A program made the translations under genes and the position numbers. Below are positions 12,079-26,200 of a stretch of DNA of 64,000 nucleotides, in pieces (position 1 is the first letter of the stretch; every line of letters starts with the position of its first letter). Under the pieces are notes generated by a model that saw nothing but the letters and a program-made list of their open reading frames with translations, had not been told where the DNA came from and searched no databases. Origin of the DNA: the human T2T-CHM13v2.0 reference genome, Homo sapiens; the NCBI RefSeq assembly GCF_009914755.1, contig NC_060925.1; one strand, 5' to 3'.

Positions 12079-12336
12079 ATGTTTGCACGGCAGCTCGTGG
12101 AACACTTTTTACTTGCCCAGTCCTCCCAGCAATCTCATTTACAAGTGGGGAAACCGAGGCAGTGGGAGGTTAAATGACTTGGCCGAGGTCAGCTCCCTAG
12201 GGGAGAGGGGACAGCTTTCTAATGTTTGCACGGCAGCTCATGGAACACTTTTTACCTGCCCAGTCCTCCCAGCAATTCCTTTTACAAGTGGGGAAACTGA
12301 GGCAGTGGGAGGTTAAATGACTTGGCCGAGGTCAGC
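12079..12336. repeat. Tandem duplication (2 x 115 bp, period 143) including a MIR core fragment
   Basis: 12079-12193 vs 12222-12336 differ at about 6 positions; both contain MIR-like ttacaagtggggaaactgaggcagtgggaggttaaatgacttggccgaggtca. Confidence 0.9.
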
Positions 12337-12526
12337 CAGGTTGTTAGTGGTGGGGCTGGATCACCCGATGGCTGCCTGGCTCCGGGACATCCCCTGCCTA
12401 CTCCACAGGCCTGAGCCCAGGGATCCTTCTTTTCCATTAGAACAGGAGCCCGCAGCACTGACTTTAAAAAAAATAAAAAGATAAAATAGGGCAAAAAAAA
12501 GTGTTTTATTTACTCATCTGCCCCAG

Positions 12527-13720
12527 AAAACCTTCGTGTCTCATCAGCCTGGTCCTCCCCTTCCAGCAGCATGGGGCACTGAAGACCCCCCAGAAATACT
12601 GTTGGTGGGCTAGCCCTGTGCTGCAGCCCCAGGCAAAGGCAAGAGACATGGGCGCCCCCAGATGGGCCCCAGGTGGACCCCACTTCCCAACTGTGCCTGA
12701 GGAGCTGTTTCAGGACCACCGGCATTTACACAAGGAAACATCTCTGTGTCTAAAGAGCTGACCCCCTCCCTGTGGCTCTCAGGTAGGTCGTCCGCAGAGT
12801 TCAGAAGAGCCCGTGAGGCTTACTGAAGGCAGCTGCGCTCAGCCTGGGAATCTGCCGACACGAAGCCACGGCCCACTCCTGGTGGCCTCCTGAAGTAGCT
12901 GTGGACCAGGAGGGCTATGCACACAGCCTCGTTAGTCCTTGATAAATGCTTATAAGATTCTGTTGCCGATTGCGGGACAGACCGTTTACCACTCACTAGG
13001 ATGAAAGCGTTGGGATTCTAAGTATCCCCTGAATCTTGCAATTAATGCCTGGACATGAGCGTCGGGTGCAGAATAGCCAGAAACATCTCTCAGATTTGCT
13101 GGGGTACTTATTGTCCCTAAATAAATAGCAATTAATACTAAAACATTTAATTAAGGTTTAAGAGCCAGTGGAGCTCTTTCTCTCTCACATAGCTGGGAAG
13201 CCTCTCCAAATGCATTTTTAATGACGATGCAGCCGTTTGTTACCACACCATTGTCTTTCTTCTCAGTCTAATCCGTGTGCACATTTGGGACCCAAAGTCA
13301 GCCAAGTTCGTTTTCTTGCAGGCGGTTGTCCGGAATGCCAGTGGCTCCTGGGCAGATGTGCACCCCAGATTCAGCCTTTGTGATAGATTCCAACACGTTC
13401 TGGCCTCAGACCACCTTTGTGGTGGGGCCAGACTGCTCTGGGCAAAGTGAAGCTGGCCTTTATGCTCCAAGGAAGGGGGCCTCGAGAGCAGGCCTGCATT
13501 GGCTCTCGGACTAATTCGCGATCATCTTTCATACAGCAGGTACACTTCAGCAAACCTCGTTAATGTTGATCTCTTTCCCTTTGCCAAGGCCGCTTCGTTC
13601 TGAACGGAGCCTGCAAAGTCATAAAAGCTCTTGAATCCGAAGCAAGTGAGAAATAAATCATGCACTATTATTATTTTCAAAAACACATTGATCACTAATA
13701 AAAAATAAGAAGTGTACCTG
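12527..13720 (+). other. AJAP1: Candidate alternative terminal (3' UTR) exon of AJAP1
   Basis: Branch-like tactcat + ctgccccAG acceptor (12525-12526), AATAAA at 13652 and 13697 with pyrimidine/GT-rich sequence downstream. I recall a shorter AJAP1 variant ending near here; boundaries are inferred. Confidence 0.5.
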
Positions 13721-14488
13721 TGCCTTCCCACTTTGTTCTTCCAAAATATACATTAATAGAATATCAAACTTTTGTTATTCAAAGGAGCCTGTTTTTCAAA
13801 GCAACATCCATACCTTTCTGGAAGCTGTGCTTGCTGAGCTGAGAACAGTACCACGAAAACTTTGAGAGAAAGTAGCCACTTCAGATTGTCAAGAAATTCT
13901 GCTCTGCCCCGGGGACACCTGGCGGTAGCCTGTTTGCTCTTTATTTATGTATTTATTTTATGTATGTATGTATGTATTTATTTATTTTTTGCAAAAGCAG
14001 ACAGTGGTCATTACACCCAGTGCGCCACTGCGTAGCATGCAGCCCAGTGGGGCCAGGCCAGCCGAGAATCTCCTTCCAGGCAGCAGAGGGCAGAATTTAT
14101 CCCAGATCCCGATCTGGAAGATGGCTTTGCAAGATACATACAGCTTCCCTTTTTGCCCAGGGAATCTCAGGTGGACATTCACCTTCAGCCACGTTATTTT
14201 CCAGCCATGGGGTCCAGGCCCCACCTTATCTGTCTTTCCCAGCTGGCCTGGGATCCTCAGTCCTTCTCTGGGCTTAGTGCCAAGATGAGAGGCTCACGTG
14301 CTAAGTGTGGCGCAGAAAAACACAAGCAGCTGAAGTTTGAGCAACAGAGTTTTGGCAGAGCATGGACAACATGAGAGCCTCCTCCTGGGCCAGGGGCTGT
14401 GACCACACCTTGGTCTTGCAGGAAACCTCTCCACCCTCTACAAAGCCAGCATGGCTCTGGAAATGGTCATTCAAGGTGCAGGATTGGC

Positions 14489-14492
<4 letters not shown>

Positions 14493-14548
<56 letters not shown>

Positions 14549-14580
14549 GTCTCTCCCCCTCTCCCTCTCTCTCTCTTTTC
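14493..14580. repeat. (TC)n microsatellite
   Basis: Read directly. Confidence 0.95.
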
Positions 14581-15247
14581 CATCCTGAGACACAGAGTAG
14601 AGAGAGATGCCTGTAGTCTTGGAAGAGACTCCCTTCCCTGCATAGCCGGGGATGTCTGGCATAGGCTGCCACCCACTCGTTGATCCTCCACGTCGTGTCT
14701 GTGGCTCCCTGCATCAGCATCTACCTGCAGGCAGTCCCCAGAGGTTGTTTCATGCCATTAGGGACGGGTCTTAGCGACTGAGGACAAAACTGCTTCACAC
14801 CTCTGCCGCGTCTCTGAGCCTCATCCGGTGTTTTGATTCCCTACTCCGGGCCAGGCACAGAACTGGAACCTGCATGAACCAGTGGTGAATGGGCAGGAGA
14901 CCCCCGTTCTCAGGAGGCTGTGCTGCCAGCAGGGGATGCCTTGCACATCTGCCCAGATAAAGCTCGATGCAGATGGTCCCATACCGAAGATGTCACCGAG
15001 CAAGTGCTGCAGGAGACAGAAGTAAAATAGGGGATGTGTGTAGGAAGGAATGGGGCATCCAAGAGGCCCTCCCCAGGGAGGTGTTCTTTCCAGCCAAAAC
15101 CTGAAGGATTTGAGGCTTGAGATTTGCAACTTGAAATCAGGGAAGCTGGAACGTAGAGAGGAAGAAGAAGAGGAAGAGTGAGGTGGAAAGGTGGCCAGGA
15201 CCCAGTGCAGAAGGATCTGATGAGCCAGCATGGGAAGTGCAGGAGGC

Positions 15248-15354
15248 TTTTTTTCTTTTTCTTTTTCTTTTTTTTTTTTTGAGACAGAGTCTCGCTCTGT
15301 CGCCCAGGCTGGAGTGCAGTGGCTCGATCTCAGCTCGCTGTAAGCTCCGCCTCC
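15248..15354 (-). mobile_element. 5'-truncated Alu (right-arm end plus tail), AluY/Sc-like
   Basis: Poly-T then gagacagagtctcgctctgtcgcccaggctggagtgcagtgg...aagctccgcctcc. Confidence 0.9.
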
Positions 15355-15626
15355 ACCTTCACACGGGAGACTTTCACATGGGAAAGTGGCAGGATAAAGT
15401 CTACATGGGAACACCTCCGGAGCACAGCCAGACAGACGCAATGGTTGGAAGCTGCTCCTCCGGCCTTTATTCTCCTGTTTAAGGTCAGGATTAAGGATTG
15501 GAAAGCAGCCGGGGCCACAGTTCAGGCAGGAAACTATTCTTATTAAGGTGGCAGCCATATGACTTACGGTCCAACCCTGAACACATTCCAGAGCAAAAGG
15601 TTGGCCTTGTGAGTAATCAATGATCA

Positions 15627-16330
<704 letters not shown>

Positions 16331-16493
16331 TTTTAACTTTCAAAAAAATTACCAAGATGGACATATAAGAGGGATATTTCTCTCTGTGTTGTAATAATTA
16401 CTTCATTTTTTAAGCCCCTCTTCCCCAAATCCGGGGAATGTGGAAGAGGTGGGCAGGGGTGGGGCACAGCTGGAGTAAGGCTACCAAGAGTGA

Positions 16494-16773
<280 letters not shown>

Positions 16774-17259
16774 CTTTCTTTACATGCAGTGAACCCTGTG
16801 CCCACAGCAGCTGGTCTTCCCACAGTAGCTGAGCGGACACTCCACTGTAGCCTCATGGAGTTGTCCACACGGATGTCATTTGGAGGCAGCAAGCAGGAAG
16901 GTGACGCCCAGGGCCCAGCCTCTTGTCCAGGTGCAGAGGGGTCCAGGGAAAGATCCAGCCCCTCACCTCTACCTTCAAATGAGTAGACTCTGGCACACTG
17001 AGTCTCCTGGAGATGATCAGAGACGCAGTGCTGATGATCAGGGACGCAGTGCTGTGCAGGAGGAGCTGTTCTGGGGCCTGCCAGCCTCGCTGTCCACTCC
17101 TGGGATGTGTCCCTCAGAAGGCAGGCATGTCCCACCTGGGGCCCCTCCTCCCCAGTCCCAACCAGAATCACTGCGGTGGGCTCAGTTGATTCAGGAGAGA
17201 GAAAGCCGCACCCTTGTCTTTGGGAAGAACTGGGGAATGGACCCAGGACTGGCAGTCAC

Positions 17260-17400
17260 TGACCTCACCTGGGGAGCTCTGAAAACCCACGTTCACAAAC
17301 ACTACCCCGAGACCCTGATTCCAGGTCTCCAGAGGTGGGCCTGGGAATCTGTATTTCTGCTAAGCTCCAACGATGACGATGACGGAGCCGGTCTGGCCGC
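17260..17400. mobile_element. MER5A-like DNA transposon remnant
   Basis: cacctggggagct...gtgggcctgggaatctgtatttct resembles MER5A. Confidence 0.5.
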
Positions 17401-19088
17401 ATGCTATGCATGCAGCTGCTGGAAAAATTCTAGAGCTCCCACTGGGTGTTTTTCCGACTTCATTTTTGGATCAGCGGGTACCCCCGCCCCATCCTACCAC
17501 TTTCTGATATGTGTCATCTGCACAGATGAGGATGCGGTAGCATTTTCTTTCTACTGTTGAGGGTCCTGATTGCCTGTAGTTGAAAGGAGCTCTGAGTGAC
17601 AGCAGAGGGACCCAGACAGCACCCCATCCCTGTGACGGAGATGCAGCTTTGGGCAGAAGGTCCCCAGATGGGACCGTGACGTGTTCCAGCTCACCTGGCC
17701 ATGCCCGGGGTGACCGTCTGAGGGATGCTGACCTACTGGGGGCTCTCACTCAGCCAGGGAGACTGCATTTTCCATTTTCCGAGGCTCGGGCTGGCTGGGT
17801 GGGAGCCGCCCCGTCTCAGCCTGCCCGCTGAAGGTGGCAATCGCAGTCAGCACACCTGACCTGTGCCCAGGTGGGACTCGCCTTCTCTCTCTTTGGCAAG
17901 ATCACCTCTGGGGAGATGTGGGAGGTGGATTTTCTGATGCAGTCCATTTATCTCTCCCGAATTCTGGCCTCGGGGATCCTGCAGCTGAGTAGTGGACAGA
18001 AACAGACTCCCATTCTTCCCGCAGCACAGGAGTGGAGCAGGCCCCACGCCACCCTCCATGGGAGGAAACTGGACAGAGAGTGAGAGCAGGGCTGCCACAC
18101 GCAGGCCCCCTGACATGCACGCCTGGGACCGGATGCCCCGGCACCCCCACCATGAGTTAGCGGAGGGGGTGGTCCCAGCCCCTGGTAGCAAGCTCAGAGC
18201 TCTGTAGATGACCAGAATTCCACAAGGTTCAGGCTCCCACTTCATACCCTTGGGATTCCCAGTGTTTCTTCCAGTTCCTGCTGACCAGTTCTAGTGAGGC
18301 CTTGTCCACGTTCCAAGGACCCCTCCGTGTCAGTGAACCGATAAAGGGAGTGATCGGGCTCTGCATGCGGGGGTGCTGCGTGTGGGGGTCCCAGTCGACC
18401 GAGAACCCCACAGACTTGTCGCGCCCTCGGCGTGCTGCCATTTAATCTCTTCTTGTTTTCTTTCCACACAGGATTCCGTTGGTGAACCTGTAAAAACAAA
18501 ACAAACAAAACAAAACAAAAAAGACAAAACCTAAAACTGAGCTATCTAAGGGGGAGGGTCCCCGCACCTACCACTTCTGTTTGCCGGTGGGAAACTCACA
18601 GAGCAGGACGCTCTAGGCCAAATCTATTTTTGTAAAAATGCTCATGCCTATGGGTGACTGCCTTCTCCCAGAGTTTTCTTTGGAGAACAGAAAGAAGAAA
18701 GGAAAGAAAGGAACCAGAGGCAGAGAGACGAGGATACCCAGCGAAAGGGACGGGAGGAAGCATCCGAAACCTAGGATTCGTCCTACGATTCTGAACCTGT
18801 GCCAATAATACCATTATGTGCCATGTACTGACCCGAAAGGCTCGGCCGCAGAGCCGGGGCCCAGCGAATCACGCAGAGAAATCTTACAGAAAACAGGGGT
18901 GGGAATCTCTTCCGATAGAGTCGCTATTTCTGGTTAATATACATATATAAATATATAAATACAAACACACACACACACTTTTTTTGTACTGTAGCAATTT
19001 TTGAAGATCTTAAATGTTCCTTTTTAAAAAAAAGAATTGTGTTATAGGTTACAAAATCTGATTTATTTAACATGCTTAGTATGAGCAG

Positions 19089-19390
19089 AATAAACCAGTG
19101 TTTTCTACTTTGGCAACTCACGTCACACACATATTACACACATGTGCGCATTACACACACACAATACACATACATGCATATAGACGCATCTATTGGAAAT
19201 GCAGTTCCACAGGTGAGCATGTTCTTTCTGGTGACCTGGTATTCCATCACCATTCACCCCAGGGGACAGCCTCGACCGAGACAAGGAGGCCCTTAAATGA
19301 CAGCCTGCATTTGCTAGACGGTTGGTGAGTGGCATCAAATGTGTGACTTACTATCTTGGGCCAGAACTAAGAATGCCAAGGTTTTATATA

Positions 19391-19469
<79 letters not shown>

Positions 19470-19730
19470 GTTTGTGTGTGTATATATATGTTTGTGTATA
19501 TATATACACATATGCATACATATGATTTTTTTTTTTCATTTAAGTGTTGGAAGATGCTACCTAACAGCCACGTTCACATTTACGTAGCTGGTTGCTTACA
19601 AACGGGCCTGAGCCCCTGGTTGGGTGGGTGGTGGATTCTTGGACGTGTGTGTCATACAAGCATAGACTGGATTAAAGAAGTTTTCCAGTTCCAAAAATTA
19701 AAGGAATATATCCTTATGATGTGTGTGTGT
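19089..19730 (+). terminator. Proximal poly(A) signals: AATAAA 19089; ATTAAA 19671 and 19697, the last followed by a GT-rich element at ~19720
   Basis: Hexamers and downstream (TG)n read directly. Confidence 0.6.
19385..19525. repeat. Compound (TA)n / TGTTTGTGTGTG microsatellite in the 3' UTR
   Basis: Read directly. Confidence 0.95.
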
Positions 19731-22700
19731 AATATCAGGGCAGAACTTAGACATACGTGAAGGGCCCCGGTTGGTTTGAAAACGAAAAATAGTCATTCTG
19801 TGTGCAAACCACAAGGCTGCCCCAGTCAGGCAGCGCCCTGACCTGGCCTGTGCTGCATTGCCTTCCCTTGCGCAGGTGGGCAGGTGTGGCCCGCTTTTTC
19901 TAGGGCCCAAGGGTGACTTGGAATCTTGGGGGAAGCCTCGGCAAAGATGCCGTTCTCCCGTCAGCTTCCATTGGCCGATGGATGTTTCTGTTTTGTCACC
20001 GAGAATCCTACTATAAACTACCCAGTGGAAACAGGGGCCCCAGACCTGAGCCTCAGTACAGAGAATCCCAACCACACACACTTTATTAAAAATACTGCCA
20101 TGCCGCCGGGCCTCCCTCACAAGCCTCACCTGAAACGGGCTCACTGGTGCCCCAGACTTGCTGTCAACAGCGGGTGCTGTAGGGATCTAGGGATGCATCT
20201 CATGGCCCACGCTGTGCCTCCTTAAAGGATGTTTCCTGTCCATGGGAGACGCCTAACATGGTGTGGGTCCCTGTCTCCAAAGACTATATTTCTCACGCGT
20301 GGCCCACGTGCAGCTTTAATTTCAGCAGTAGAGTGCATGAGCCAATTCAGTGAAATGTCACAGGCCAGGCAAAAAGGTTAAAGATCAGACAGACAGCTGA
20401 CCTTACTGCCCTCAATGGCCAGGCTGATGACCTGATTCTTCCCTTGGGCTCAGTCTCCCTCTAAAACACCTTGTGATATGCTTCAGAAGTTCACTTTTGT
20501 ATCTCCTGAAACATGTGAACCTAGAGTAAGGCCTCCGGAGGTGAAAGGATTGTTTTTGTGATGCAGCAGTGTTGAGATCTGTATCCATGGTATTGCTCAC
20601 AAATTAGGAAAAGTTGTTCTTTAGTTTTTGTTCTGTCATTTATTTTCCCCCCAAGCTTTGGCACATCCTGAGACAATGCAAACATCCGCCACTGGCATTT
20701 GGCCGTCTCCAGGTTCCTGGCACTCACCTGCATGGCGCTCCAGCCTGCAGCTCTCTCTGCGCGCCATCCGGCCTCGTCCATCCCATTCTCCTTCAATCAC
20801 TCCCTCCCGCTGAGGTGGGCCTCCTGACTCCAGGTGAGCACAGCGTGGTGCGAGTGCATGGTGAGGGCTGGCGGCGGCCAACAGGCAGTGGGGTGGCTGC
20901 TCTGGTCTCTGACATTCTGAGCTCCAGAGTGAGCCCAACTAAGGAGGAGGTGACGGCCGGGGGGCCCTGTTGGTTCGCTGATCATGAGAACCTAGGATTC
21001 CCGAGGGACTCCTGGTATCTGCTCTGTCAACTCCCAGCTGCTCAGCCCCCTTCTCTGACCATGTGCGGCACCCTGGATGCCCTGAACTCTTTCCTGGGTC
21101 CATAAGACATCGAGCCTTGGAAGGAAGCGTAATGCAACAACCCTCTTGTCCCCGATAAGAGCCACAGATTCAAGGCAGGGCTGTGAGACCCACACAGGCA
21201 CAAACACCAGACAAGCAAGTGCATGCCCATTCCACACCCAAAAGTCTGGTTCTGTACCAACATGACATCCGTCAAGGTAAATCCACACAAAGGCTGCTAT
21301 TTCTGGATGATTGAGGCAGTGTCTGTAGACGTGTTACTTTACTTTTTTAAATGGTTACCTGCTCTCCCAGACCCCTCACCTGGGATTGTCGTCTAGGTAA
21401 GAGGAGATAATGAGTGAAAGTGACTGGGCCTCGGAAATGCAGCCCCACCCACGGTGAAGTCTGCACCAGAGCACAGACTTGTCCTACTTCGGGCCATATG
21501 TATAGGTAATGCCCATGTACTTTGTGTGTCGGTGGCTGCTGATTTGGCCTGATCAGTCCTTCTGCAGCCTTGGGGCAGTGTTTCAAGCTAGTTGGTGTCC
21601 TCTTTCCTCTGCTTGACCCCTGGAATTCAGAGTCTAATAGTAGACACCTCCCATCCCCCACCCAAGGCCTGGTCCTTTCCTTTGCTTGAGCTTTTATTCC
21701 TCAAGAAAAGAACTCCAAGGAAGGGTGATGTGGTTTGTTAGGGTTCCCCAGTTTTCGTCCACTTCCATCTTATTCCTCGGAGATCCCGCAATTGCAAACC
21801 CCCTGGCAGCCTCCTGGCACCTGCATTTGCCTTTAAAGCTTAGAAACAGCTGGGAATGCACTCCTTGTACAGTCCAGTCCGTTTTCAGACAAAGTCGCTG
21901 CTAGTCTTCACACGCTTGATGTCACTTTGTCTGATTGGAATATGCGTGTCATTGCTCTTGTTTCCGAGTTTGGCGTGAGAAAGGCAGGGTTCTCCAGGCA
22001 TGGTCAGGGAGCTTCCCCACCGTTTCCCATTGGGCTCAGATTCCAGCCATTACCGAGACAAATCCAAGCCTTCTCACGCAACGTGGAAGCGTGGTGACAC
22101 CCTGGGGTGTGTGGAGGTGGCTGCTAGTGTTCCTATTTACTGCCCTCCTTGCACACAGAAGGGAGAGGCCACTTAGGGGACCTTGTCTTCTCCGTAGTAT
22201 TTCTAGTCCTTGCCAATCTTGAACTTGAGTGGACTTCTCATATTACATTCAGCTCCCAGAAATTCACTCCAGTCCTTCCTGGAGCATTGTGAAATTAGAA
22301 ACCTGAACTCATCAGCAAACCCCACCCACTCTTTGAATCGGGACACCAGGAAACCCGTTACTACTAATGTGATCTTACCATCTTAATCCTTTCTTTCAAA
22401 AATACGTGACTCTTTCACAGCCATATTTTAGCGTCAGGAAAAGCCATGCTTAGAGGGATTGGTCTTCAAAATTTTGTGTGTGATGCCCAATGTGTAGGCC
22501 ATATTGAAAGGTGAACGCACCAAAGGATCGACCCTGTCACCTTGGATGGTCTCTATTTTGACCCTGTTGCCCATGGAGAGGTATTTTACCCTTTTGCTTC
22601 TTTGCTCAGGTGGTCCAGGGTTGTCTGTAGCCCAGGAAGCGGACTGACCCTGTATCTTGAAAGATAAGACCAGGAACCGGGAGTGAGGCTGGGACTCTCA

Positions 22701-23034
22701 CTCAGCCTTTTCACGGTCAGTCTTGGTCTTCTCATACTTATTTCAAGATGGCACCAGGACACACCTTCTTTTGTCCACCTGTTGACACCATCACCCTCTT
22801 TCATCAAGGTGATCTCTTTCGTCAGGGCATATATGAGACTTGGTGCTCCACCAGACTGTCTTCTCCCCTACCCCTGCCCCTTCCACAAAGCCATTTCTCA
22901 AGTCGCAGTGGGAAAAGATACCAAGACACCTGATTTCTTGAACCATTCTTGCTTCAGCATGTGAATTCTTTAAGACACTACTCACATATGCCATTGGAGA
23001 GAAACAACCCGTTCTGCATCACCATAATGAACCG

Positions 23035-23230
23035 ATCAGTCATTCATCCTCTTATTCAACAAATACTTGTTCCACTTCTACCACACTGGCCATACAGTTG
23101 GAGGCAAGATGGGCACAGTTATGGCCTTGTGGGCTTTATATTCTACAGTGGGAGGAGGTGGATGGTTAATGTGAAAGCAAACCAAAATAATTTCCAGAGA
23201 GAGAAGAGGCAGGAAGAGAGCAGAGCAGAG
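23035..23230 (-). mobile_element. Degenerate L2 3'-end fragment
   Basis: cattcatcctcttattcaacaaatactt... typical of an antisense L2 tail. Confidence 0.45.
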
Positions 23231-26200
23231 TGATGGGGCTGGGGGCAGAGAAGGAGAGAGGGGAAGAGGGAGAGAGTGGGGGGCATTGAAGGGGAAGAAA
23301 GAGAGGCAGGGGTTGTCTACGTCTCCTCCTCCTGCGACCCATCACCTACTGGAAAATTACCACTTGCTGCTTGAGGGTTGGTCTGGTGTTGGATGGAGGA
23401 AGAAGGCCTTAGTCTTAGCTCTTGGATAAAATGCAGTGCAGCACTGAAGATAAGACATCGCAGTTGTTACGACGCCTGGTTCTCCACCAAATTCCTCTGT
23501 CATTCCAGCAAGAGTGGAAGCAGAGGGGCAGGGGCAGGGGCAGGATGAGGGCTGCTGCCCTGGTGATGAGCTTGCCCCATCCCTGGGCACTGGCTCTGCC
23601 CAGCCCCTCCCATGTTGGTCCCATCTGTCAGGTTGCCAGGCCAAGCAGGTCTCAGGTCAGCCAGGTCTCAAGGAGGATAAGGGGGTTCAACGTCAGCGAC
23701 TTGGCCCACGGGGCACGGGCACCTTGGGGATGCCATTCTTCTTGGTGCCAGAAGGCAGCTGCATCTCCAGAAGCTCCCCCAGCACTGAGCTCACTTAGTG
23801 GCATCCTTCTTAAACAGCATCTGCTTTTAAGTAAGCAGCTATTCCAAAACATGCCGTGATTCATGTAATTTTTGAGTGGTTACTTTGGTGCAGTTTGTCA
23901 ATTTGCTCTACCATACTGTTTTTTGATTATTTGTTTGTTTTCTAGTGTAAATAGCACAGCCCACATAAATGAGCGAAACTCATCATCTGAGGATCTTTGA
24001 TTATTCTTCCCCACTTATTGTACATTGATGTGCCGCCTGCTAGGAAGATAAACTCCCTCTTTGCTCACTCTGAGCCAGGATCTCTGTGTTAGTTACACTC
24101 AGCCTTATCTGAGCATTCCAGGGAGGTCTTAAATGAATGTTTGGGGTTTTGAAACATGCTACCAGCCCTTCCTTCCAAAGAGCATGAAGCATGGCTCTGT
24201 GTGGTTTTGTGTGTCTAGGTTTAGAGCTTGTATTTGGATGTAAGGAGTGACTAAAAACAGGTCTAGGCAGAGAACTGCTATCTTTTAAACCACCCCAGCC
24301 CTCAGTCGAACAGAAAGAATGAGCGTCTTCTGATGTCAAATCATTCTAGAAAGGTCTTAGCTAGTGAGCACAAAGTAGCCAATCCCGGGAGTTTATATGG
24401 GCCTCCATGTGACCAAGCCATCCCTAGCTAGGAAACTTAACTCTTTGCACAACCTCCCTTTATGCTGAAGGGCCCTTGGGAACATGGGAACATTTGCACT
24501 TTGTCAGAGGAGTGGCCCCACCCTACTCTCTGCCTGAAACACAAAGCAGCTCCCCTCAGAACAGCCAGCCCGGTGCAGAAGCACTTGAACTTCTCATCTT
24601 CCATCTTATTTCACTTTGGTTGCAGGGAGTTAAATACATAGGCCACAGCAGACTAAGGGAGCGGTGTGCACAATGGCCCCCAGAATATCCAGTGACCCAA
24701 GTGATGTTAGTCTTAGGGTCCCTAAGGCAGTAGGGCATGGGGAGGAAAGTTCTCTCCATCGATTCCCAAACACACCAGCCACAAGTCCACACTCCACACC
24801 TGTAAACGCACAGCCCATGCCCCATTGTAAAGGTGACTGAAGAGAATGGTCAACTCGGTGGTGATGGGCCTGTTTTGGAGCTAAAAGCATAAAATGAATC
24901 CTCCCTGTAGCTCCATTGCCTTTTCCTCGTGAAGGATTCCCTGCTAAATGTTCTAAGAGTTACTGTACATAGAATCAAGAGAGCAGTTTTGAATGAGCCG
25001 TAAATCTGAGTCATATATAAGAGGCATAATATAAATTGGGCCAAGCTTGCCCATGTGGGACACACAGGTTTATAGAGATTAAACACTAGTGAGTAGCGGG
25101 GGAAGGGAACAGTGACTGTATAAATGGCCATATAAATGACCTACTTGTCTTCTCATGTAGGCTGGAATCAGAACCTACGTATGCTGTAGATAACAGTCAA
25201 TTAAATGGGTTAATGTTCTAAGCCAAGAGAGTTCTAAGCCAAGACATGTGCTTGGGACTGGATTAACTCTTGTCAATATCTTGGATTCCATAGTAAAACA
25301 TCTGTTAAGTAACATGCGGCAGGAAAGGATGCAGGGAGCATTGGACTGTAGGAAATTCTCCTTTATACAAGTTAATTAGTTTTGTCTCTGGTGGCTGTCT
25401 CTTAAAACAGAATCCCCTGGAGACCCGGGTTTTCATTTTGTAATTCAACACCCAAATATTTGCAACACTAAATAACAACTCCCTAAAGACTTCAGTCTTG
25501 CATGGGCATAAGCAACTCACACTGGTTAGCTTTTGTCAGATTTCGTCGTTTCCGCAGCAAAATTTCTTAGTGTTGATGTTGATAGCTTCTGGGTTGGCAA
25601 ACTGGCAGTTCACTCTAGTCTTACTGGGTTGGGCAAGTCCTTGCCCCTAGAAAATTGGGGATAGCTTTGGCCATGGGAGGAGCAAGAACACTACGCAGTC
25701 GTAAGCTCTGTTTTTTGTTTTGTTTTGTTTTGTTTTGTTTTCGGCACCATTATGTACGATGAAGACTTACAGCCACTGCTAATACAGCATAGGGGACACT
25801 TTGAGGAGCCCTAGTATCATTGTTTGAAATCATTGTACAGGGAACTGCAGGGGTGAACACCATTGTACCAATCCCCGGGCCAGTGTCTCATTTCCTAACA
25901 GAATCATCCCATTCTTGTTCACTCTTCAGTCATCCCAAGCCAAAAGGGAAAATTCGAAACCCACTGTGACACCCCAACCCTAATTTCCAACCTTTGGAGG
26001 ACTCACCTGGGGCAGAAGGGAGAAAGGGCTTTGCTGAAGTCTCAGGCTGCCGAGAGCCATGTATGGGCATAGGAGCAAGCTGATGGCATGGCTCTTGACA
26101 AGGTTTTCTATAGGGCAGCAGCTGCTGCTCCCAGGGGAACCCTCTCCTGTTGCCTCCGCAGTCTATTCTGGGGTGGAAACACCATTCTCTATTATTTCTC

